DNA from: Heptranchias perlo
Lineage: Eukaryota
NCBI RefSeq assembly: GCF_035084215.1
Contig: NC_090363.1
Location: 12,338,001 to 12,402,000, forward strand
Direction of reading: 5' to 3'
Length of the DNA stretch: 64,000 nt
The first letter of the stretch is position 1. Every line of letters starts with the position of its first letter. Under the pieces are notes generated by a model. That model saw only the letters and a program-made list of their open reading frames with translations, did no database searches and had not been told where the DNA came from. The position numbers were made by a program, and so were the translations under genes. Shown here in pieces: positions 22,010 to 33,900 of this stretch.

Positions 22010-25000
22010 GGTGATGGCAGGCCTTCTGCCTTGAATCACTGTCAGTTGTTTGAAACAAATGTGTGGATTGTGTGGCCACTTTACAGCGTAGCGAACCATT
22101 ATACTACCGTAGCCATGACTTCATTATAACGCAGTGTCCAGCTGGCCCAATCCGTGAATCTGAGCCTTGCTTGTAAATGATCCGTTCCAATTAGACGATC
22201 ATGATTTGATTTTTGGCGTTAGGAGCTCAACAATTCGCTTCAATGCTCAAGGACTGGGGATGTGTAAAAGTTGGGCGTGGTCCGCTCTCCTGGTCAAATT
22301 TAAATGACCCCTCTGCGAAAGTGTGCCTGTCTGGATTCCAGGAAGAGCTCAGCTTGAATTAACCCAAGGTTATATCTCATGTCGAGAATCACAGTGCATC
22401 CTCACAGGCAATGGATGATCATACCCTCAGGACCATGTGTCAGAATTAGCGGAAAACTTCCGTCGATGTTTACCTGCGAAATCCCTTACATTTTGCAGAA
22501 ATACATATCATATTGTATTGCAGATGATATCCGTGCACACGGAGACCAAGGTATTCCAGATCAGTTCTTGATGTCCTCAGACGCACAGTTCAGTTGCAAT
22601 TTCAGTGTTCTGTCGCTGATATTTTTACTCATATGGACCAAATGCAATCTTTCTGTTCTGCAGATGATATGGTCAATCAGAGGGAGCAAATGAATCTTCC
22701 AGTTTTGTTTCAGATATCTTCACTATTGGGAACAAAGTTCATTTTCCCATTGTGTAGATGATACATTTACTCAAAGCGATGAAAGGGAATCTTCCCATTG
22801 TGTATCTGACATCTTGACTGGTAGGGAAAAAAGGAATCTTCTATCCTTTGTCAAGCACTGATGGGAATCTTTCCCAACTGCGTTTTCATCTAAAAAATGA
22901 ACAATTGTGAAAAATATTAAGGATTAAGTTACGCATGTGATCATCTAACGTTCACCAGATTGAAACATCTGGATGAAAGTGTCCAATATGTCACTTGTAC
23001 GTCAATGTTTTCTCCCAGTCTACATATATTGTAAATCTATCTTCAGAATTGATCGCAAGTGGGGCAATTCAAAAATCGAATTAATTGTCCGCATGCCTGA
23101 TTGATTACTTTTTCTGTGCAGATCTGAATCAAATTGAAATGAATTTGTGATTTTAAAATATTTTAGAAAGCCAAATCTACAGAAATACTTTTCCATGCAA
23201 TTTGATTTGATATAACTGTCCTGCTTAACGAGTCGGAGGCCATTTTATCAGGGCATGAGTAATCTTCGAAGGGGCTGATGTGCAAATGACATCATTCATG
23301 GTTCCATGATTGGACGGTAATAAATTTCGGCAAGAAACATTGGCGGATTAAAAGAGGAAAGTTGATTATATCGGCCTGCTATCAACAAAATGGTGGATAT
23401 AATTGCATGATGAATGATAAAAGTAATTATTTTGGGAAAGGAACGGAATGATGCAGCAAACAGACTGTGGGGAGGTCCTCAATTGAAAATAAAAGACTCA
23501 GGCGAAGGGCCATGAGCAACCGCGCAAATGGAGGGACATACGGGAAGTTTGACAGCAATAAGCCAATCGTTCATTCAAAATCTTAGTATATTATCTTGTT
23601 TAGTTGTTCAAATGTTAAACCCTGTCAATGGCTTTGAATATCAGGAAAGTAAATTCCCAAATACTCACCAGTAGGAATATGATGGTTTATGAAGGGGCTA
23701 AAAAGGGCATCAGTAGAACTGCCTCACCGAACTCCATACTGGTGATCAGAGATTAGAAGAGAACTTTCAGGTCGATGGATTAATTAAGTTTTAAAATTTG
23801 CCACCTAAATTTTGGAAAACACAGGGTTAAGTGCAATCGGCCCTTAGTTAGAAAGTCAGAGCAATCGACGTTCTTTGGGATAGAACTTTGACAAACAGCA
23901 CTATAAGTAAAAAGGATATGAGGAATGAATGCAACCGACAGTGTGTAAACAGAACAACGCGTGCCTGAGATCAGACACATGCATCTCGAGAACCATAGGA
24001 AGAATTCTACCAGAGTTAGAGGTTTTTGGAGTCAATGAAAGGCATAATCCAACATACAGTTTATTATAATGTTGAAACATTACATAAAGTGACCGTGAGA
24101 ATGCCTTGAAGACATTTTAGTGAAGTCTCACTATATGATTGGTATATTAATATATTCCAATTTGGCTTTCGCAATATTAACCCACATTCAAACATGTGTA
24201 TGGGGTAGGAAATCAACATAGGAACAAGAATAAACAATTCAGTCCCTCGACCCTTTCCGCTGTTCAATGAGATCATGGCTGATCTGTATCCTAACTCCAT
24301 CCACCCGCCTTGGTTCCTGATCCTTTAATAACCTTGGCTAGCAAAACTGTTATCGATCTCAGATTTAAAGTTATGAATTGAAGTAGCATCTGTTGCTTTT
24401 AGTGGGAGAGAGTTCCACATTGCTACCACTCTATGTGTGAAGAAATGTTTCCTAATTTCTCTCCTGAATGGCCTGGTTATGATTTTAAGGTTATGTCCCC
24501 TTGTCCAAGACTCCCCAACCAGCGGAATTTTGTTCCCTCCATCAACCCTAGCAAATCCTTTCAAAATCCTAAAAACGTCAATTAAATCACCCCTTAACCT
24601 TCTATATTCGAGGGGCTACAAACCTGGTTTGTGTATTCTCACCATATAATCTCACCCTTGGAGCCCTGGTAACATTTCTTCACTCAACGGGGTGGTGAAC
24701 CTATGGAATTCTCTACCACAGAATGCTATGGAGGCCAAGTCACTGAATATATTTAAGAAGGAGCTAGATAGATTTCCAGACACAAAAGGCATCATGGGGT
24801 ATGGGAAGAGAGCGGGAATATGGTATTGAGATAGAGGATCAGCCATAATCATATTGAATGACGCAGCAGGCTCGAAGGGCCGAATGGCATAATCCTGCTC
24901 CTATTTTCTATGTTTCTATGTTACATTCTGGTGAATTTGCGCTGCACTCCTTCCAAGGCCAATATATCCTTTCTGAGGCGCAATGCCCAGAACTGTACAC

Positions 25001-26214
25001 AGTACTCCAGATGTAGTTTAACCAGGGCTTTGTATCGCTGTTGCAATCCTTCCTCCTTTTTATATTCTGGCCCTCTTGTTATTAAGGCGAACATTCCATT
25101 AGTTTTTTTGATTATTTTTTGTACCTGACTACTACATTTTAGTGATCTGTGTAGATGGACCATTAAATCTCTTTGGACCTCCACTGTTCCTAACTTTTCA
25201 CCATTGAAAATTGCTCGGATCAATCCTTTTTTGGTCCTCGCACTTTTGGATGACCTCACACTTGCCTGAATTGAAATTTCAATAACTTCTCCACATCAAA
25301 TGTTAGACTCACAGATTTATAATTTCCTGGTACTCACTCTCGTCTTTCTTAAATAATGGAGTTACATTTGCCGTATTCCAATCTAAAGACGCAATTCCAG
25401 AATCGAGAGAACTTTGGAAGATTATGGCTAAAGCATCTGCAATTTCCTCACCTCCTTCCTTTAAAATCCTGGGATGGAAACCATCAGGTCCTGGGGATTT
25501 GTCAGTCTATACTGCCCTTATTAATCCTAATTTTGTTGTCTTGCTTACATTAACGTCAGTGAGTTTCAGTCATTGATTCATTATTAGCTTCCCTGGAGTG
25601 TTCGGTATATTATCCTTTTCCTCTACTGTGAAGATTGACACAAAATAATTATTCAACAAGTCTGCCACTTCCTTATTTTCATTTGCAATATTACCAGCGT
25701 CTGTTTTGATTACCGTTTTTCTTCTAATATAATCGTAAACACCTTTTGTGTTGATCTTGGTATCCCTCGCAAGGCTCTTTTCGTATTCCGTTTTTTGCAG
25801 GCATTTTTATCTGTTTTGGCTTCCTTTGCTGTTCTTTATATCACCCCCAGTCCCCTGGATCTACACTATTCTTTGTACTCTTTTATGCCCTTTCGTTTAG
25901 TTTTATGTTGTCTCTCATCTTTTTATTCTGCCATGACTGTTTTATTTGGTACGTAGAGCTCTTGTCCCTTCTGGTTATATACTGGTCCTGTATCAAATTA
26001 AATTCTTCTTTGAACACCGCCCACTGTTCGTCTGCAGTTTGACTCGACAACAGTTTTGATAAGATTGATTTCGTCAGTCTCTGTCTCACCGCTTTAAAGT
26101 TAGCCATATCAAAATCTGGAATCTTAGAAATTGTGTTACGTTTCTCCTCAGGGAGTGAATCATTCCTTTTTAAACACTGTGTATTGTACATGTACAGGAC
26201 TGACACTGAGACAC

Positions 26215-26480
26215 TCTTTCTATTTCTCTCTCTCCATCTTTATCCCTCTATATCTCTCTACCTAACTCTCCGTCCTTTCTGTTTCTCTGTCTCTATTTCT
26301 CGCTGACTGAATCTCTTTTGTTCATTTCTCTCCCCCACTCGCTGCCCTTTCTCTTTCCCTCTCTCCTTCTTTCACTCTTCTGCTCACTCTCTATTTGTAT
26401 TTCTCTCTCTATCCCTTTTCCCCTGCCCCTATCACTGTTCCTCTCCCTTTCTTGCTGTCTCCCTTTCATTGTTGTCTCTG
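26215..26480. repeat. CT-rich low-complexity tract (also ~59487-59752)
   Basis: Degenerate (CT)n pyrimidine run. Confidence 0.85.
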
Positions 26481-27751
26481 AAATGTTCTTCATTGAGATG
26501 TACTCTGAAATATTTCAGTCTCACTGGTAAATAACAACAAATCACAATTCTATAGCTTTTCTATACATTAAAGGTTCAATTAGGGGTTGCAAATCTGTCA
26601 GGAAGTTCTGGTTTCTCAACTTAAAACATTTTAGTGTTTAAAATTTTACAGGGACCTGAGATCAAAAGCTGTTTCCCATTCAGACATTCCAGCATTTGGA
26701 AGTCCCTGTTATCTTTACAGAGACAAGGGATGGAATTGTTCAATAGAGATGGAAGATTTGATCAATTGAGTAGTGTCAGAATTAGATTGAGTCGCTCACA
26801 TCTACACTGTATTCAAGCTGTTTCCAGTAAACACCCTGAGGCAATGAAATGGGTAAACCATGTCTGAGAAATTTCAAAGTGACGAAACACACAATGGAAC
26901 AGGAAATGGGAGAATATACAAAACCGGAGGCCCAGAACAGAGCAGAAGGAAGGTGTTAGCATCAATTTCAGTTTTTGCATCTGTTGTGTATTTGGACCAG
27001 ATGCTGTTTAACTTTAGTTCTTTAATGTAGTCGCTGGACAGTGAGGGCTGTGCCTGGGGAGCCTGGGGTGCTTGGGCACAAGGAGAGTAGGAGATAGGCG
27101 GTGAGGGGACCCTGGGGTCATTGGGCAACAGTGGGAAGGGGAGACAGGCTGCGAGGGTACCCTGCGGTGCTTGTGCAATGGAGGAGGGGAAGACAGGTGT
27201 TGAAGGAACCCTGGAGTGCTTGGGCACAGAGGGAAGGGGAAACAGGCTGCGAGGGAACCCTGGATTATATTATGCGACCAGTGACACTGAGAAACACATA
27301 CGTTGAACAGTTAGTGACAAATGTCCCGTGTATGTGCTGATCCATTTGTGACACATTTTTAATGTCGAATCAAATATTCCTGCGTACGACAGAGACTGTC
27401 CGTCAATAATTCCCTTTTACTCACAGTGTACTTGTGCGTATACAGAAGCTGAAACTGAGACATACGTGTGCCATACAGTACCAGACGGGAGTGAATCGGT
27501 CCCTTAAACACGCTGTGTACTGTACATGTACAGGAGCAGAAACTGAGACATACACGGCCATACAGTACCAGAGGAGAGTGAATTGTTCCCGTGTGCCCGC
27601 TGTGCGCTGTACATGTAGAGCAGCTGACATTGAGACAAGCATGGTCTCTCAGTAATCTTAGTCATGATGTGGAGATGCCGGTGATGGACTGGGGTTGACA
27701 ATTGTAAACAATTTTACAACACCAAGTTATAGTCCAGCAATTTTATTTTAA

Positions 27752-27792
27752 ATTCACAAGCTTTCGGAGATTTTCTCCTTCCTCAGGCAAAT
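27752..27792 (-). ncRNA. Minimal type I hammerhead ribozyme motif (inverted copy)
   Basis: Exact reverse complement of 28345-28385. Confidence 0.7.
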
Positions 27793-28344
27793 GTTTCAAG
27801 ATCTCCTTGAAGCCTACGCATTTATACATATTGAACAATAATAAATGGTGTTTACAGACTGCCCCTGCAACTGCCCGTTGCCAAGGCAATCACCGTGTTC
27901 AGACAGAGAGGTGTTACCTGCAGAACCTCCGAATACACATTCAATAAAAAAACAAACAGGGAAAAAAAACAGAAAAAAAAACAGAGAGAGAGGCAGAAAC
28001 ATCCGGAAGGCAGAGAGAGCCAGCAAATGACCCATTATATTAAAAACAGATAACATTTGTTCATTTGTTCAGCGAACAAATGTTATCTGTTTTTAATATA
28101 ATGGGTCATTTGCTGGCTCTCTCTGCCTTCCGGATGTTTCTGCCTCTCTCTCTGTTTTTTTTTCTGTTTTTTTTTCCCTGTTTGTTTTTTTATTGAATGT
28201 GTATTCGGAGGTTCTGCAGGTAACACCTCTCTGTCTGAACACGGTGATTGCCTTGGCAACGGGCAGTTGCAGGGGCAGTCTGTAAACACCATTTATTATT
28301 GTTCAATATGTATAAATGCGTAGGCTTCAAGGAGATCTTGAAAC

Positions 28345-28385
28345 ATTTGCCTGAGGAAGGAGAAAATCTCCGAAAGCTTGTGAAT
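28345..28385 (+). ncRNA. Minimal type I hammerhead ribozyme motif
   Basis: atttgc-CTGAGGA-a-GGAGA(aaa)TCTCC-GAAA-gc-TT-gtgaat: core boxes, 5-bp stem II, palindromic AAGCTT stem III and stem I pairing. Confidence 0.7.
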
Positions 28386-29521
28386 TTAAAATAAAATTGC
28401 TGGACTATAACTTGGTGTTGTAAAATTGTTTACAGTAATCTTAGTGATAACGAAGTCCATCAGCTCGTCGCACTTGTTGTTGGAGGTGGCTGTCGAGGGG
28501 CAGTGGTTAGAGGTTTTAGAAGACCGTTTGCAGTGGAGAAAAGAAGACGGGGTTTATGTTTTCATTCCAGGATGATCCTGCAATAGTGAGCAATTTCGAC
28601 AGAGGAGAACAGGACCCGATAAAGCTGTATGTGGTCCAGCCAGATCTGGCAATGAATTGATAAACCAGTTGTCGGCCATAAATTTTAAAGTCTGGGGCCC
28701 TTGGACTTAAGCAAGTGGAAGTGGGAGCTGTGCCAAGGGCAAGGACCAGTGTGAGAGGGAGTAATGGTTTTAATGGAGCAAGGGCAACAAAGTTGGAGGT
28801 GCGGGTGTGATTGAGCAGATCAGTAGCCATTAGGTACAGTGCAGATATTTTATATTGATCAGAATAACTCTTCAGGATAGGACAGTGACCAACAGTCACT
28901 CAATCGCCGACCATGTTCTGCTGGTGAAATTGTGTCAATCGCACTGGCACCTGATTGAACGGTGCTGCCGGGTGATGAGCCATTTTATATTCCACTTCCA
29001 GCTTCGAAATTGTATGTCATGAAATCAATGCGATTTACTCCATCACTCTTTCACTCCCACAGCTTTTTGATATCATTTACACTTTGACTGTTATGTGCCA
29101 ACGGACGGGTTCACATTTTATTCCCCTTCTTCTCAATTTCATTTTTAGATTTTACAACTGGAACAACGGAGCCTTCTCAGAATTAATTAAAGCATCGTGT
29201 TACTAACAGCAGAATCACAAAAGAAGCTGCTTTGAGGTAATAGTTTCAGAGCGGGGGATGACTGAGCCTGAGAGTGCCCAGTTGAGCCTCGATTTTCTAA
29301 CTGCCTCATTAAGTGATCGTGGAGCGCATTTACTCATTGATTTGGAAAATAAATATGTTCTAATGTGTTTGTTCGAAGACCCGTGGCTAATACCATCTCT
29401 TATGTAAAACCACGGTGTCCCTGTGGGACTGACTGGTGTATAAAACAGCTCCTGTTTCAATACGTTGTCTTAGTGTTCAAACCAGACCGTGGCTTCCACG
29501 GTTGTCTGAATTAGGTAGGAA

Positions 29522-29591
29522 ATGGGACGAGCAGCAATTTTCGACGAATCAGTCATCTGCTATCCAATTCTGGCAATTATTGGTCTTCCCA
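29522..29591 (+). pseudogene. GPCR C1 exon 1 (MGRAAIFDESVICYPILAIIGLP)
   Basis: 70-nt exon with GTAAGT donor; its partner acceptor is deleted. Confidence 0.8.
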
Positions 29592-29928
29592 GTAAGTAAT
29601 AAATTAATGACGAAAGGTCATCGACCTGAAACGTTAACTTTGCTTGTTTGCCACAGATGCTGCCTCACTGAGTATTTCCAGCATTTTCTGTTTTTATTTC
29701 AGAGTTCCAGCATCCGCAGTATTCTGCTCTTGCATGAATAACAAGCATGTATTAAGTGAAACATAAATGCATTGTTGCTTTCACGTTTTGCTGTTTGCCT
29801 CCATCTCTTTGTTCCTTGGTTGCCCATTTTATGATAAGCTTATTGAATAGAAATCTCTCACTTATCCTTATTTTCTTCAAAACGATAACTATTGTGATAT
29901 TATATAGTGCTCTCTAAACGTATACATC

Positions 29929-30040
29929 ATAAGAACATAAGAACATAAGAACATAAGAAATTGGAGCAGGAATAGGCCAATCGGCCCCTCGAGCCTGCTC
30001 CGCCATTCAATAAGATCATGGCTGATCTGATCCCAACCAC
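29929..30040 (-). mobile_element. Young, very short CR1 3' end in GPCR C1 intron 1
   Basis: Unmutated (aagaacat)n tail followed by ggagcagg..cctcgagcctgctccgccattcaataagatcatggctgatct; the empty site tacatcaaatgcaag is at ~62413. Confidence 0.88.
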
Positions 30041-30207
30041 AAATGCAAGTTCTCCCCTTTGATAAGCGCCTTGCAATTAGCTACCTGGAATACCTGTGGC
30101 CATCAGGTTTATCGTGAGGATCACTATGCGGAGTTTTAACCAGATTTCTCTGGCCTCCTTTCTCATAAATGATAAACAGCCAATGCTAAAGGAGTGTGAT
30201 TTTATAT

Positions 30208-30985
30208 TTTGCAAAATATCTTTAGGTATCATTTTCTAGATTCATGGTTGAGCTACACTTACGTGTGCCGTTTTACTGCTTTTATACAAGTATTTAGCAG
30301 CCAACTCTCTGTCTGGTTCACAGTATCATTCACGTTTGACCGCTTCATATCCATTTGTTGTCAGAAACTAAAATTAAAATATTGCACCGAAAGAACTGCT
30401 GCTGTAGTTTTAATGTTCGTGTGTGTGCTCAGCTTTTTGATGAATATTCCTGTTTATCTCCGTTATGAGCTCTACTCTATTATTGACGATATACAGTGGG
30501 GGTGCCGTACAGTAACAGGATATTATTCTTCATCCGCATGGGTAGCTTACAAATGGATTAGCACTCTCTCTTCCCCAATTTTCCCATTCCCTTTGTTATT
30601 GCTGTTAAATTCTCTCACGGCCAGGCACATCGTAGTGGCCAGTAGATCTCGCAGAGCCCTGAAGAGCCGCAACAACGGGGATAACAGCAGTGATCCCGAG
30701 ATGAAGAACCGAAGAACATCCATCATTCTGCTCTCCGCTATCTCGGGCAGTTTTATTGTGTTGTGGACGCCGATTACTATAATAAACATCTGTGTCGGTG
30801 TGACGGAGACACCTACTTTCAAAGGTTCAAACTCACTTTATTTGGCAATTAGAATCACACTCCTGCTGATGTATTTGAGCTCCTGCACGAACACGTACAT
30901 TTATGCATTGACCCAGAGGAGATTCCGTGAGGAGATGAAGAATATGGTGAAATATCCATTTACTGTCGTTAAGTTATTTAAATAA
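30208..30985 (+). pseudogene. GPCR C1 exon 2 remnant; splice acceptor and TM1 end-TM2 deleted
   Basis: gtgattttatat|tttgcaaaatatc joins sequences that are 169 bp apart in C2 (62586-62754 missing, AT microhomology). The rest of the frame is intact to the stop. Confidence 0.88.
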
Positions 30986-33900
30986 TTATATTTTAATTCC
31001 TCGCATTTTCCTGGCATCTAGGTTGGTTTTTGCGACTTGAAGTGTTCGGCTGAGGACAGGTATTGCACCCATCGGTTCTCATCCTTCCACAACATCAGTT
31101 GACCATTTTCCCACCTCACAAGGTGATGGCAGTTCCGCTGCTGTTCTAAAACTCGCCATACCAATGTCAGCAAACGAATCACACCGAATTCTCCAAACAT
31201 ATTGCTGATAGGATAAACTTCACAATGTTTCACAATTGTCTATTTTTTGAACAATTGAGTGAGCGAAGTTCCCAATCGGTTCCCGACGATTTGCGGAAGA
31301 TTCGCTTTGGCTCCCATTGGTGAAGCTATCAATTACATAACGTAAAGATTCCATCTGGTCTGTACGTGCGAGGGCGTCAGATACTCATCAGGGATACTTC
31401 TTCTGCGTCCAGTCTGTAAGGATGTCACTGTCGTCCCTGTGTGTAAGGGTTTGAAATTGATGCAACAGCTGTACAAAGCACTGACTAAACCACACCTGGA
31501 GTACTGTGTACAGCTCTGAGCACCGCACCATAGGAAGGAAATATTGATCTTGGAGGGAGTGCTGCCTAGGTTTACTAGAATGATACCTGGACGCCAAGGG
31601 TTAAATTAGGAGAGATTACACAAACTAGTTTTGTATTCCCTGGAATTTAGAAGATTAAGGTGTGAGTTGATCGAAGTTTTCAAGATATTAAGGGGAACTG
31701 ATAGGACAAATAGAGAAAAACTATTTCCGCTGGCCGGTGAGTCTCGGACTAGGGGATACAGCCTAAAAATAGAGCCAGAACCTACAGGAGTGAAGTTATG
31801 AAACACTTCTACACCCAAAGAGTGGTGGAATTTGGAACATTCTTCGGCAATCGGCAGTGGATGCTAGCTCTATTGTTAATTTTAAATCTGAGATTGACCT
31901 ATTTTTGTTAATCAAAGGGAGTAAAGGTTTTGGTGCTAAGGCGGGTATAGGAAGTTAGTGCACAGATCAGCCATGAATTCATTGAATGGAAGAACAGCCT
32001 CGAGGGGCTAAATGTCCCACTCCTGTTCCTATGATCCTATGTTCCTATGATATCAGAAACACAACAATATATGTATTTCTTCAAAGAGTAAGGGACAGAA
32101 ATGTTGTTTCTTTGTGATAAGCTTCACACTGCTATCCTGACTGGAGATTGATAGACACAGGAAGTCACATCACTGGGTGTGCGGTGACTATATAACAATT
32201 GGACCATATTGGAAAATAGCAGAACCTTTTTATTTCATTTATTCTTCGAAAGTGGGCATCCCTGGCAAGGCCGTCCTTTATTGCCCATCCCTAGTTGACC
32301 TGAGAAGGTGAGGACTGGCTTTCTTCCTTGAATCACCGTTAGTTTTTTTGAAACAAATATGTGGCTTGCGTGGCCACATTTGAGGGTAGGAAAGAGTCAA
32401 CCAAGCACTTCTGGGCCAGAATGGATGGCTGATTTCCTTCCCGAAAGGACATCATTGAAACGATTGGGTTTTTAAAAGTATTGGACTGCTTCATGATCAC
32501 TTCTATTGGCTTTTATTTCCATAGAAACAGAATTCAAATTCTCATAAAGTGATGGTGCAATTCACAGCATCTGGATTACTAGCCCAGCAATATAACCAGT
32601 ACATAACCATACCCATGACTTCATTATAATGCAGTGTGCAGCTGGCTCAATCCGCGAATCTGAGCCTTGTTTGTAAACAATCCGTTCCAATTAAAAGCTC
32701 ATGTTTTGATTTTTTGGCGTTAGGAGCTCAACAATTCACTTCAATGCTCAAGGATTGTGGACGTGTAAAAGTTGGGCGGCGTCCATTCTCCTGGTTAAAT
32801 TTAAATGACCCCTCTGCGAAAGTGTGCCAGTCTGGATGCTGTGAACAGCTGACCTTGAATTAATCCTAGAGTACATCACATGTCAAGAATCACAGTGCAT
32901 CCTCTCACACATTGGAAGATCATACCCTCTGGACCATGTGGCAGGCTGAGTGGAAAACTTCCGTCAATGTTTACATGTGAAATCCCTGACATTTTGCAGA
33001 AATACATATGATAATGCATTGCTTATGGTATCCGTGCACACGGAAACCAAAGGTATTCCAGATCATCTCCTGATGTCCTCCGGCGTACAGACCAGTTGTA
33101 ATTTCTCTGTTCTTCAGCTGATATTTTCACTCATATGGACCAAAGGCAATCTTTTCGTTCTGTAGATGATCTCGTCACTCATAGGGACCAGATGGAATCT
33201 TCCAGTTATGTACCTGATGTCTTCACTCATAGGAACGAAAGGCAATTTTCTCAATGTGTCGATTATATATTTACTCATAGCAATGAAAGGGAATCGTCCC
33301 GTTGTGTAAATGATATCTTCACTCATAGGGACCTGGTGGAATCCTGCCATTGTGTATCTGACATCTTGACTCGTAGGGAAAAAAAGGAATCTTCCCCCTT
33401 TGTCAAGCACTGATGGGAATCTTCTGCATCTACGTTTTCATCTCAAAAATTAAAAGTTTTAAGCTTTAAGTTACGCATGTGATCATCTAACGTTCACCAG
33501 ATTGATACATCTGGATGAAAGTGTCCAATATGTAACTTGTATTTCATTGTTTTTCCCTGTCTATGTATGTTGTAAGTCTATCTTAAGAATTGATCGCAAC
33601 TCGGGTAATGCAAAAATGTAATTCATTGTCCGCATGACTGATTGTTTACTTTTTCGCTCTGCTGAGCACATCTGAATCAAAATTGCAATGAATTTATGTG
33701 ATTTTAAAATATTTTTACTGAGCCAATTCACCAGAAATACTTTTCCATGCAATTTGATTTGATATAACTGTCCTGCTTAACGAGTCGATGGACAATTTAT
33801 CAGGGCATGAGCAATCTTCGAAAGGCCTGATGTGTAAATGAGATCATTCATGATGCAATGATTGGACGGTGATAAACTCAGACAAGAATCATTGGCGGAT

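Larger units (their letters stand above)
12537..23779. repeat. Older ~11-12 kb repeat unit B1 (paralogous to A1 1-12536 and C1 23780-34328; A2 34329-45799, B2 45800-57052, C2 57053-end)
   Basis: The same landmarks occur in the same order in each unit: taattaag start, CR1, 88-bp minisatellite, L2, TATA/exon 1, exon 2, CR1, SINE, 48-bp repeats. The units are clearly more diverged from each other than copy 1 is from copy 2. Confidence 0.93.
27663..28432 (-). mobile_element. Young Penelope-like element (pLTR) insertion with inverted duplicate; 13-bp TSD
   Basis: cagtaatcttagt is duplicated at 27650-27662 and 28433-28445, with a single copy at the empty site 60922. Inverted arms 27703-28062 / 28074-28434; hammerhead motifs in both arms. 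Confidence 0.85.

Noticed and set aside
23545-23575. Minus-strand ERLAYCCQ / DWLIAV resembling the GPCR DRFISICCQ motif
   Set aside because: Too short, and surrounding sequence does not align to the receptor; kept only as part of a weak hypothesis.
26293-26530. Hydrophobic and charged ORFs over the CT-rich tract
   Set aside because: Low-complexity microsatellite translation.
27814-28292. Mirror ORFs MVFTDCPCNCPLP on both strands
   Set aside because: A consequence of the inverted repeat within the Penelope-like insertion.
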